From NCBI GenBank assembly GCA_963668605.1, contig OY764903.1:2341246-2405245 (forward strand): DNA of 64,000 nucleotides. The letters are read 5' to 3'. Both the position numbers and the translations under genes were made by a program. Of the stretch, positions 34,364 to 44,093 are shown one piece after another. Origin of the DNA: Bryobacteraceae bacterium. GTDB lineage: Bacteria; Acidobacteriota; Terriglobia; Bryobacterales; Bryobacteraceae. The notes beneath the pieces were generated by a model. It was not told where the DNA came from and did not search any database. It saw only the letters and a program-made list of their open reading frames with translations. Numbering within the stretch: the first letter of the stretch is position 1; the number at the start of each line of letters is the position of its first letter.

Positions 34364-35368
34364 ATGACCTGGCTCGACAGACTGCATCGCGGCGCGGTGA
34401 TTCCCGCTCATCCGCTTGCGCTCACGGCAGCGCGAAAACTCGACGAGCGCCATCAGCGCGCGCTCACACGCTACTATCTCGCCGCCGGCGCGGGCGGCGT
34501 CGCCGTCGGCGTACACACCACGCAGTTTGCGATCCGCGATCCGCGCGTGGGCTTGTACCGGCCCGTGCTCGAACTCGCCATGGAGGAGTTGCGTGGCACG
34601 GCCGCGATCGCCGTGGCAGGCGTAATCGGCCAGACGCCGCAGGCCGTCGCGGAAGCGGAGTTCGCCGCGAGTTGCGGCTACCACGCCGCACTGCTGAGTT
34701 TGGGCGCGCTGCGTGAAGCGGGCACGGCCGAACTGCTCGCGCATGTGCGCGCTGTCGCCGCCGTGATGCCGGTCTTCGGCTTCTACCTGCAACCTGCCGT
34801 TGGCGGACGCATCCTGCCCTATGAGTTCTGGCGCGGCTTCGCGGAGATCGACAACGTGGTGGCCGTCAAAATGGCGCCCTTCAACCGCTACCAGACGCTA
34901 GACGTCGTGCGCGGCATCGCCGAAGCCGGCCGCGCGGATTCGATCGCACTGTACACGGGCAATGACGATACCATCGTCGCCGACCTGATGACGCCGTTCA
35001 CTTTCGGCGGCGCGGAGTTGCGCATCGCCGGCGGCTTGCTGGGGCACTGGGCCGTCTGGACGCGGCGCGCCGTGGAACTGCTCGAGGGTATCCACGCGGG
35101 GGCGCTCGACGACCCATGGCGGCGCGCGGCCGAGATCACCGATTCGAACGCGGCATTCTTCGACGCGGCAAACAATTATCATGGATGCATAGCCGGGATT
35201 CACGAGGTGCTCCGGCGGCAGGGGCTTATCGAGGGACGCTGGTGCCTGGATCCCGATGAGGATCTCTCTCCCGGACAGAGCCAGGAGATCGACCGCGTCT
35301 ATCGAGCTTACCCGCATCTGAACGACGATGAGTTCGTCGCGGCACACCGCGACGAATGGCTCAGGTAA
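34364..35368 (+). CDS. dihydrodipicolinate synthase-family (class I aldolase-like) protein
   Basis: TIM-barrel aldolase-like pattern with a candidate Schiff-base Lys in VVAVKMAPF. I chose the start at MTWLDRL. Confidence 0.6.
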   Translation: MTWLDRLHRGAVIPAHPLALTAARKLDERHQRALTRYYLAAGAGGVAVGVHTTQFAIRDPRVGLYRPVLELAMEELRGTAAIAVAGVIGQTPQAVAEAEFAASCGYHAALLSLGALREAGTAELLAHVRAVAAVMPVFGFYLQPAVGGRILPYEFWRGFAEIDNVVAVKMAPFNRYQTLDVVRGIAEAGRADSIALYTGNDDTIVADLMTPFTFGGAELRIAGGLLGHWAVWTRRAVELLEGIHAGALDDPWRRAAEITDSNAAFFDAANNYHGCIAGIHEVLRRQGLIEGRWCLDPDEDLSPGQSQEIDRVYRAYPHLNDDEFVAAHRDEWLR

Positions 35369-36673
<1,305 letters not shown>

Positions 36674-36688
36674 GGCAGCTACAGATTT

Positions 36689-36724
36689 CCCGGCGGCAGC
36701 CGATAAAGAGGTTGAGCCGCCGGG
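36689..36724 (+). terminator. 9-bp GC hairpin after metY
   Basis: CCCGGCGGC-18 nt-GCCGCCGGG, with no U-tract. Confidence 0.4.
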
Positions 36725-36815
36725 TGGAAACCCGTGCGACAAGTCCGGCGCTGGCCAGAAGATCGGTGGCGGTCCGGGTCTATTTTTGAATCACTTGGGC
36801 CGTACCTCGTTGTCG

Positions 36816-36821
36816 TATAAT
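36816..36821 (+). promoter_or_regulatory. TATAAT hexamer about 100 nt upstream of the polysaccharide export gene
   Basis: Perfect -10 hexamer in the metY-export intergenic region. There is only a weak -35 (TTGGGC with a 15-nt spacer). Confidence 0.3.
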
Positions 36822-36921
36822 GAGGTGTCGGCCAGAGATGGGAGGGTCTCCGGGCGAAGATCGGCTACTCTCCTGTGCGTCTGGGCCAAACGCAGGTTGT
36901 TTCTTCAGGACCTTAATCTTT

Positions 36922-37548
36922 ATGACTCGAACATTGGTCGGACTGCTCTTGCTGGCGGCGTTAGCCGGCGCGGCACAGCAGAAAAAGGGCGACAAGCAGG
37001 AGCCACCCGCGAATGTGCCGGTTCAGCAGGCGGAAAAGAGTCCGGCACAGCCCGAGGTTGCCGCCGCGGTGGATTTGAAGACGTTCGTGATCGGGCCGGA
37101 GGACGTGCTTTCGATCCGGGTTTGGCGCGAGCCCGAACTGTCCTCCTACGCCAAGGTACGAGTGGACGGCAAGATCTCAGTGCCGCTGGCCGGCGAAGTC
37201 ATGGCCGCCGGGCGCACGCCGGTGCAACTGGGCGAGGACATTACCAAGGCGTTATCGGGCTTTGTGAACAATCCGCTGGTGATGGTGGCGGTGTATGAAG
37301 TGTATAGCCGCAAGTACTCGATCACCGGAGAGGTCGAGCGTCCGGGGAGTTTTCCACTGGTTACGCCGACGACGGTTCTCGAGGCCCTGATCAAGACCGG
37401 CGGGTTTAAGGATTACGCCAAGAAGAAAAAGATCACGGTTCTGCGAAAAGGCGTTGTGCTGAAATTCAATTACGAAGATGTCGTAAAGGGCAAGAATCCG
37501 GGGCAGAACATACCGTTGGAGGATGGCGACCTGATTGTGGTTCCCTAG
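36922..37548 (+). CDS. periplasmic polysaccharide export protein (Wza/Poly_export + SLBB)
   Basis: Signal peptide, FVIGPEDVLSIRVW, and an SLBB-like C-terminus. I chose the start at MTRTLVGLL. Confidence 0.85.
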   Translation: MTRTLVGLLLLAALAGAAQQKKGDKQEPPANVPVQQAEKSPAQPEVAAAVDLKTFVIGPEDVLSIRVWREPELSSYAKVRVDGKISVPLAGEVMAAGRTPVQLGEDITKALSGFVNNPLVMVAVYEVYSRKYSITGEVERPGSFPLVTPTTVLEALIKTGGFKDYAKKKKITVLRKGVVLKFNYEDVVKGKNPGQNIPLEDGDLIVVP

Positions 37549-37586
37549 TCGAGTCACTCGGCAATCGTGGTAACGTCCTAATAGAG

Positions 37587-39314
37587 ATGGGCAGTAAGAA
37601 CTCGGAGACTGACAGGTTCATGCAACCTTCCAACCAATCCTTCGGCATTGGCCGTCGCGCGCTGGATATTGAGGATTACATCGACATTGCCCGCAGACAC
37701 AAGGCATGGATTCTGGGGCCTTTGTTCGCGGGCCTGGTGATTGCGGTCGTCGTTGCGTTTTTGTGGCCGGATACTTTCGTATCGACGGCGGTACTGAAAG
37801 TCGACCCGCAACAGGTGCCGGAAAAGTACGTCCAAAGCAATATCCCGTTGGACATGTCGGCGCGCGTCATGGCGATGGCCCAGGAGATCAAGAGCCGGCC
37901 CGTCCTGATCAACGTAATCAACAGCTTCAACCTCTACCCGCGCGATCGCAAGAACCTGCCGATGGAAGATGTCGTCGAGGAGATGCGCAAGGACATCACG
38001 ATCAGTGGCGTGGGATCCGAGATCCGCGGCAGCAGCCATTTTCTTGCCTTCCAGGTTTCGTTCACCTACGACAACCGCGTGATGGCGCAGAAGATCTGCT
38101 CGGAACTGGTTTCGCGCCTGGTCGACGCCAACATCCGCACGCGCTACAACCAGTCTTTTGCCACGACGGATTTTCTCAAGGATCAATACGACTCCGCCAA
38201 GAAGCAACTCGACGAGGTGGAAGGCAAGATCGCGCAGTTCCGAGTCGCCAACCAGGGAAGGCTGCCGGAGCAGTTGCAGGCCAACCTGCAACAGTTGAGC
38301 GCCATGGAAGGGCGCATGAACGCTCTGCAAAACCTGATGAGCCGCGCCAGCCAGGAGAAGATCATTTTGGAATCGCGTCTGCGCTCGCTCAAGGACGAGG
38401 CGAATTCGATTTCCGTTCCGCCGCCGGCCGAACAGCAGCGGGCCACCTCAGCGAGGGTCAATGAAAAACTCGTGGCGCTCGACCGGGACATTGAGAGAGC
38501 TGAAGCCTCGGTGAGTGGCTTGAAAGAGCGCTATACACCGAATCATCCCGACGTGCAGCAGGCCGAAAAGGCGCTCGCCTGGCTGAAGCGGCAGCGCGAT
38601 GACGTCGCCAAGCAGGACAGGGCGGCGCAGGAGGCGGCGACGAAGGAGTTGGCCAAGGCGCCCTCGCAATCGCCCTCGAACCGCCTGTTGAGCCCGGCGA
38701 TGCAGAAAGATCTTCGGCAAGTGCAGGGCATGATCGAGCAGACGGAACTCGCCATCCGGTCGAAAGACATGGAGGGGGAGCGTTCGCAAGGCGAATTGAA
38801 GGATCTCGACAAGCAGATGCGGGTCTTGCAGGTGCGCATCGAAGCCAGTCCGCTCAACGAACCGGAGTATCAACAACTGCTGCGCGACCGCGAATCGGCG
38901 AAAGAGAAATACGCCGAGATGAGCCGGAAAAAGAGCCAGTCGGAAACGTCCAACCTGATCGAGGAACGCAAGCAGGGCGAGAATCTGAGCCTGCTCGACC
39001 CTCCGACACTGCCGCAAACGCCCACGTATCCGAAGCGCTGGTTGATCATCGCCGGCGGCGCGGCCATCGGACTGCTCGCCGGTCTGTTTCTCGCTGGCGC
39101 GCGGGAAGTGAAGGACTCGTCGCTCAAGAACCTCAAGGACGTCCGGGCCTATACGCAGTTGGTAGTTCTGGGAAGCATTCCGCTGCTCGAAAACGATCTG
39201 GTAGTACGGCGCCGCAAGCGCGTGATGTGGCTGGCATGGTCGACCGCCGTGCTTTTCGGAATCATTGTGATGTCCGGATCGGTCTACTACTACTACACAA
39301 TCACGAAGACTTGA
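37587..39314 (+). CDS. polysaccharide chain-length determinant (Wzz/GumC family)
   Basis: N-terminal TM helix, Wzz-type region (FVSTAVLKVDPQ), a long coiled-coil segment and C-terminal TM helices. Confidence 0.85.
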   Translation: MGSKNSETDRFMQPSNQSFGIGRRALDIEDYIDIARRHKAWILGPLFAGLVIAVVVAFLWPDTFVSTAVLKVDPQQVPEKYVQSNIPLDMSARVMAMAQEIKSRPVLINVINSFNLYPRDRKNLPMEDVVEEMRKDITISGVGSEIRGSSHFLAFQVSFTYDNRVMAQKICSELVSRLVDANIRTRYNQSFATTDFLKDQYDSAKKQLDEVEGKIAQFRVANQGRLPEQLQANLQQLSAMEGRMNALQNLMSRASQEKIILESRLRSLKDEANSISVPPPAEQQRATSARVNEKLVALDRDIERAEASVSGLKERYTPNHPDVQQAEKALAWLKRQRDDVAKQDRAAQEAATKELAKAPSQSPSNRLLSPAMQKDLRQVQGMIEQTELAIRSKDMEGERSQGELKDLDKQMRVLQVRIEASPLNEPEYQQLLRDRESAKEKYAEMSRKKSQSETSNLIEERKQGENLSLLDPPTLPQTPTYPKRWLIIAGGAAIGLLAGLFLAGAREVKDSSLKNLKDVRAYTQLVVLGSIPLLENDLVVRRRKRVMWLAWSTAVLFGIIVMSGSVYYYYTITKT

Positions 39315-39332
39315 GGAGAGGGAGTTAGAAGC

Positions 39333-40199
39333 ATGAGCCGAGTACACGACGCGTTGCGCCGTTCCGAACAACCCGGGCCACCGCCGCAAACCACCGCCGG
39401 CGAAGCGCCTGTCGCTCAAGCGCGCACTGTCGTTGCGCCAGGCCCGATGCCGTCCCTGCACGGCTTGCTCGAAGAGATCCAGCAGATTCCCTTCTCACCT
39501 TCGCGCGAAGCCCATCTGATCGACGCGCTCAAGCCGCATGAAGCGCCGACCGAAGAGTTCCGGACTCTGCGCACGCGGCTCAACCATTTGCAAAACCTGC
39601 AGCCGATCCATTCCGTCGTGGTCACCAGCCCCTCACCGGCCGAAGGCAAGACGTTCACGGCGACGAATCTCGCGCTCGCCGAAGCCCACCTCGAAGGCAA
39701 CCTCACGCTGCTGGCCGATTTTGATTTCCGCCGCCCAGTGGTCCACTCGCTCTTCCAGGTGGATCGCAGCCCAGGCGTCACGGATTTCCTGCTGGGCAAA
39801 GCGTCGCTCGCAGAGATCATCAAGAAGGTGGAAGGAACGAATCTTTACATCCTTCCCGCGGGCTCTCCGGTTCTGAACCCCCTCGAATTGCTCAACCTGA
39901 AAGAGGTTAAGGTTCTCCTGGAAACGCTCCCGACCCTGTTCAACTGGGTCATCCTCGACAGCCCGCCGTTGCTGTTCGCCTCCGACGCGAACCTGCTTTC
40001 GAGTTATTGCCACGGCGCGATCATCGTGGTCCGCATTGGAACGACAACGATCGACTCCGTCACGCGTGCGATGCAGTCGCTCAACGAAAACAACGTGCTT
40101 GGAATCGTCGTAAACGGCGCTCGCCGCGGCGAGTTGTACAGCAAGTACACCTATTACCACTCGTATTACTACTCGAAGCCCGAAGAGCCCGAAGCCTAG
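39333..40199 (+). CDS. exopolysaccharide tyrosine autokinase (CpsD/CapB-type P-loop)
   Basis: Walker A-like SPSPAEGKT, Walker B VILDSPP, and a C-terminal tyrosine cluster YSKYTYYHSYYYS. Confidence 0.85.
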   Translation: MSRVHDALRRSEQPGPPPQTTAGEAPVAQARTVVAPGPMPSLHGLLEEIQQIPFSPSREAHLIDALKPHEAPTEEFRTLRTRLNHLQNLQPIHSVVVTSPSPAEGKTFTATNLALAEAHLEGNLTLLADFDFRRPVVHSLFQVDRSPGVTDFLLGKASLAEIIKKVEGTNLYILPAGSPVLNPLELLNLKEVKVLLETLPTLFNWVILDSPPLLFASDANLLSSYCHGAIIVVRIGTTTIDSVTRAMQSLNENNVLGIVVNGARRGELYSKYTYYHSYYYSKPEEPEA

Positions 40200-40233
40200 C
40201 GGAGCGGCCCGTTATCCTGATGCCGTTAGCCAA

Positions 40234-40692
40234 ATGCTGATGCGCCTGTCTCTTCTCGCCGCCGTGGCGTTGCTCGCCGGCTGCTCCACCGCCCCCGCGC
40301 CCGTAGCGCCATCAAAGCCCGACGCAACCAAGCAAGACTGGTACGCCCAAGCGGTCGCGCAACTCGCAGCCCTCAATCTCGAAGCCGAGCGTTTGTTTGA
40401 ACGCGGCCAGGCCGACGCAGCCGCAGCGGCGATTACGCGAGGACAACCGCTCGCCAGCCGCCTACTCTCCGTTCCGCAGCCGTCCCTGCCCGCAACAGAG
40501 GCGGCCGCCGATCTCGACGATCTGTACGGACGTATGCTGCTCTCCAACCGGCATTACGGTTGGGCGCGGCTGGCCTTCCAGAAAAACCTGGCGCGCTGGA
40601 AAAACTGGACGCCGCAGACCGCGGAAAGCACCCGGAGGATGCAGCGCGCGGCCGGTCAAATCGCGGATTGCGACCGGCGCTTGGCGCAGTGA
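40234..40692 (+). CDS. hypothetical lipoprotein
   Basis: Lipobox LLAGCS. I recognise no family. Confidence 0.55.
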   Translation: MLMRLSLLAAVALLAGCSTAPAPVAPSKPDATKQDWYAQAVAQLAALNLEAERLFERGQADAAAAAITRGQPLASRLLSVPQPSLPATEAAADLDDLYGRMLLSNRHYGWARLAFQKNLARWKNWTPQTAESTRRMQRAAGQIADCDRRLAQ

Positions 40693-40701
40693 TGGCGCAC
40701 T

Positions 40702-42003
40702 CTACGCGCGAGCCTGCTTCCACTTTCCGCGCGTGAAGTCCGGGAACTGCACTGGCGCGCTGCCCTGGGCCACGGAGAGTTCACTCAGCGGCGCTGGAGC
40801 GCTCCAGGCTGCGGCGTCGTAGACGTCCAAGTCCGGAGCGATGCCCGATCGCATGCACTCGACGAGGCGGTACACCTGGATAAAATCCATGCCACCGTGG
40901 CCGCCGAGTTTTCGCGCGATCTCGCCCATGCGGGTCCAATACGGGTGTTCGTATTTGGCTTTGTAAGAATCGAGGGCGCCCCATTCATCTTTGCCCGAAC
41001 CGTCCACGAAAATGCGTGGCGGATAGTCACGGAAGATGCCTTTCGTGCCCGCAATCAGGTTGATGCGGTCATACGGCTGGGGGCTGCTGACGTTGTGTTC
41101 GAGCGTGATAATGCGGCCCTTGGCGGTCTTGATCAGGCTGGTGTTCTGATCGCCGCAGCGGTACGTCTCGCTCCGGCGCGGATCGCCGGCCGGAAGCTTC
41201 TTGTCGCGGTAGGCCGCGAGCGAAAGCGCCGGAGAACTCATCGACACCAGCGTCTCGAAGCGGTCGCCGCGATTGACGTCCATGTAGCGCGCCACGGGTC
41301 CGAGGCCATGCGTCGGATAGAGGTTACCGTTGCGTTGAATATGCCCGGCACGCCGCCACAGACCTTCGCCGTCGTTGGAAAAGAGGATGCCGCGCAGGTC
41401 GTGATTGTAGGCGGCGGCGCCATGCGTCAACTCGCCCAGCAAGCCGTCGCGCACCATGTTCAGCACCATCATCTCGTTGTATCCGTAACAGCAGTTTTCA
41501 AGCTGTACGCAGTGGCGGCGCGTCCGCTCCGACGCATTGACCAGCGCCCAGCACTCGTCCAGCGTGATCGCCGCGGGCACCTCGACGGCCGCGTGCTTGC
41601 CCTGCTGCATGGCGAAAAGCGCGATCGGCACGTGCGAATCCCAGGGCGTGGAAATGCAGATCAGATCGATGTCGTCGCGCTTGGCCAGGGCTTCGAAGGC
41701 GCGCTCACTACCGTCGTAGGCAGCCGCGCTCCGTTTCTGGCCGGATTTTTCCACCAACGCCTGCGCGCGCAGCACCTTGTCTTTCACGATGTCGCACAAG
41801 GCCACCACCTCGACGCCATCGACCGCGGCGAAATTCCTGAGTTGTCCGGTTCCGCGCCCGCCGAGTCCAACGAAACCCATTCGCACTGTCGCCTTGCGTT
41901 CGAAAGCTACTCCGGCCATGCTGGCGGCTTGCTCCTGCGCGGCTGCGATCCCAGCCGAAGCAAGCGATGCATAACGGAACAAATCACGTCGTGTTGTTTT
42001 CAT
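40702..42003 (-). CDS. Tat-exported Gfo/Idh/MocA oxidoreductase-fold glycosidase (GH109-like)
   Basis: TRRDLFRYASLASAG Tat signal, GLGGRG Rossmann start and an ENCCYG motif I associate with GH109. GAGGAG SD. Confidence 0.8.
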   Translation of the reverse strand: MKTTRRDLFRYASLASAGIAAAQEQAASMAGVAFERKATVRMGFVGLGGRGTGQLRNFAAVDGVEVVALCDIVKDKVLRAQALVEKSGQKRSAAAYDGSERAFEALAKRDDIDLICISTPWDSHVPIALFAMQQGKHAAVEVPAAITLDECWALVNASERTRRHCVQLENCCYGYNEMMVLNMVRDGLLGELTHGAAAYNHDLRGILFSNDGEGLWRRAGHIQRNGNLYPTHGLGPVARYMDVNRGDRFETLVSMSSPALSLAAYRDKKLPAGDPRRSETYRCGDQNTSLIKTAKGRIITLEHNVSSPQPYDRINLIAGTKGIFRDYPPRIFVDGSGKDEWGALDSYKAKYEHPYWTRMGEIARKLGGHGGMDFIQVYRLVECMRSGIAPDLDVYDAAAWSAPAPLSELSVAQGSAPVQFPDFTRGKWKQARA

Positions 42004-42056
42004 GTACGCTCCTCGGACTCCGTGTCAAATGTTATCGTAAGCGAGAGCAGTTCAAA

Positions 42057-43229
42057 ATGCCACGACTCAACGAAGCAGCAAGTGTGTTCGCCGAGAGATT
42101 TGGCGGCGGAGCGCCCCCCGCCGTGCTCTCCGTGCCAGGGCGCGTCAACCTAATCGGCGAGCACATCGACTATCACAATCTGCCTGTGCTGCCGATGGCG
42201 ATACAACGCAACATTCAGATCGCCTTCCGCCCGCGTCCGGACCGCATTATCAGGGCCATCAGTTCGGGCGCCTTTGGGGAACGTGAGTTCGCGTGGACCT
42301 CCGAACTCGAACCCGGCGTCCCTGGCGATTGGGAGAATTATCTGAAGGCTGCCGCGCAGGCGGTGAGCCGCCAATGGGATTTGGAGCACGGCATCGACGC
42401 CGCCGTCGCATCCGATCTGCCAGCCGCCGCGGGCCTCTCCTCCTCTTCTGCGTTGCTGACCGGAATCACACTCGCTTTGCTCCAGGCCAACGGAGTGCAC
42501 GCCAGCTTCGAGGAACTCATGCGCGTACTCCCGGAAGGCGAACACTTCGTTGGTACGCGCGGCGGAGGCATGGATCACGCCGCGGTGCTGGCCTCGCGCG
42601 CCGGATGCGCACTACTAGTCGATTTCGATCCGCTCGCGGCGACTCCCATCCCAATTCCAGACGATTGGGCGTTCCTCGTGGCCCATAGCTTGACAACGGC
42701 GGAGAAATCGGGCGCTGTGCGCGCGCGATACAACAACTGCCGAACGGCCGGCGACGCTGCGCTCCAACGGCTGGGTTTTGCTTCCTTCCGCGCCGCGGCC
42801 CAATACGGAACCTTCGACGACCTCGCGGCTCTCGCAGCCGGCCATCTTAGCGGCCAGGAATTGTGCAGTTTCGTGCACGTAACCGGCGAAGCGCAGCGCG
42901 TTCGCGATGCCGTCGCCGCCTTGCGGAAAGGGGATGCGGCCGCATTCGGCCGGCTCCTCAACGCATCGCACGAAAGCTTGCGCGACCAATTGCAGATCAG
43001 CACCGCACAGCTCGACGCACTGGTGGAGGTGGCCTGCGAAGCCGGCGCTCTCGGCGCCCGCCTGACGGGCGGCGGCTTCGGCGGATACGCCGTGATCCTG
43101 TGCCACAAACGCGATCGCGAACACATCCGCGCCGAGATCGTGCGGCGCTACTATGCCGGCCAGGAGGACTTCGATACGGAAAGCCATCTGCTCAATGCCG
43201 AGCCCGCGGCGGGAGCGCTGTTTGTCTGA
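42057..43229 (+). CDS. galactokinase-family anomeric sugar kinase (GHMP)
   Basis: GRVNLIGEHIDY signature, the GHMP motif PAAAGLSSSSAL, and a GGGMD motif. I chose the start at MPRLNEAA. Confidence 0.85.
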   Translation: MPRLNEAASVFAERFGGGAPPAVLSVPGRVNLIGEHIDYHNLPVLPMAIQRNIQIAFRPRPDRIIRAISSGAFGEREFAWTSELEPGVPGDWENYLKAAAQAVSRQWDLEHGIDAAVASDLPAAAGLSSSSALLTGITLALLQANGVHASFEELMRVLPEGEHFVGTRGGGMDHAAVLASRAGCALLVDFDPLAATPIPIPDDWAFLVAHSLTTAEKSGAVRARYNNCRTAGDAALQRLGFASFRAAAQYGTFDDLAALAAGHLSGQELCSFVHVTGEAQRVRDAVAALRKGDAAAFGRLLNASHESLRDQLQISTAQLDALVEVACEAGALGARLTGGGFGGYAVILCHKRDREHIRAEIVRRYYAGQEDFDTESHLLNAEPAAGALFV

Positions 43230-43944
43230 TACGGTATCCATTCGGCAAGCCGTCGTTCTCGCCGCGGGACGCGGAACGCGCATGGGCGCAATCACTGGCG
43301 AGACGCCCAAACCGATGCTCTCCGTCCACAGCCGCCCGATCCTCGAACACGTGCTCGAAGGACTTGCCGCAGCGGGTATCGAGCGCTTTCTAGTGATCGT
43401 CGGATACCGCCGCGAGATGATAGAAAAGCACTTTGAGACCTGGCGCTATCCAGTGGAATTCCTGGTTCAAGAGCCGGTCGACGGGACGGGCTCGGCGGCG
43501 CGCCTCGCGCGCGAATTTGTGGGCACGGCGCCGTTCCTGCTCACGTTCGGAGACATCCTGTGCCGGCCCGCGGCGTATCTGGCTTGCGGCGACGTGCTCG
43601 GCCGGAATTCCGCAACCGGCGCCGTGCTCGGCGTCAAGGCTGTCGATGACCCGTGGCGCGGAGCCGCCGTTTACGCCGAGGACGGGCGTGTGCGCAAGAT
43701 CATCGAGAAGCCGGCAAAAGGCACATCCACCACGCCATGGGGCAGCGCCGGATTGTACGCGATGCGCCCGCTCGTGTTCCCCTATCTCGACCGGATCCCG
43801 CTCTCCTCACGCAACGAGTATGAGCTGACATCGATCTTCGACATGATGCTGCTCGATGGGATCGAACTGCGCATCGCCCCGCTCGAAGGCGAATGGCGTG
43901 ACATCGGCCGGCCCGAAGACCTCGCCGCGGCGAACGACGCCTAG
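43195..43944 (+). CDS. sugar-1-phosphate nucleotidyltransferase
   Basis: VVLAAGRGTRM motif. The start is uncertain: ATG 43195, or TTG 43222 with GGGAG 6 nt upstream. Both overlap the end of the kinase gene. Confidence 0.75.
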   Translation: MPSPRRERCLSDTVSIRQAVVLAAGRGTRMGAITGETPKPMLSVHSRPILEHVLEGLAAAGIERFLVIVGYRREMIEKHFETWRYPVEFLVQEPVDGTGSAARLAREFVGTAPFLLTFGDILCRPAAYLACGDVLGRNSATGAVLGVKAVDDPWRGAAVYAEDGRVRKIIEKPAKGTSTTPWGSAGLYAMRPLVFPYLDRIPLSSRNEYELTSIFDMMLLDGIELRIAPLEGEWRDIGRPEDLAAANDA

Positions 43945-43973
43945 TGTACTGCGGCGATGATCCTGCCGTTTAC

Positions 43974-44072
43974 GGGGGGCGGTCCCCATGGACCGCGCCG
44001 GGTCCCTTGACCCGGCCAAACCCGACCTGGGGGTCGAGTTGCGGCTCAGGGGAGCCGCTCCCCGCAATTCAG
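43974..44072. repeat. GC-rich intergenic repeat, family 1, copy C (inverted relative to copy A)
   Basis: GGGGGGCGGTCCCCATGGACCGCGCCGGGTCCCTTGACCCGGCCAAACCCGACCTGGGGG aligns with the reverse complement of 3370-3429. It is followed by the hairpin GCGGCTC-AGGG-GAGCCGC. Confidence 0.6.
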
Positions 44073-44093
44073 CAAACCGCGCATTGTCTGCGC

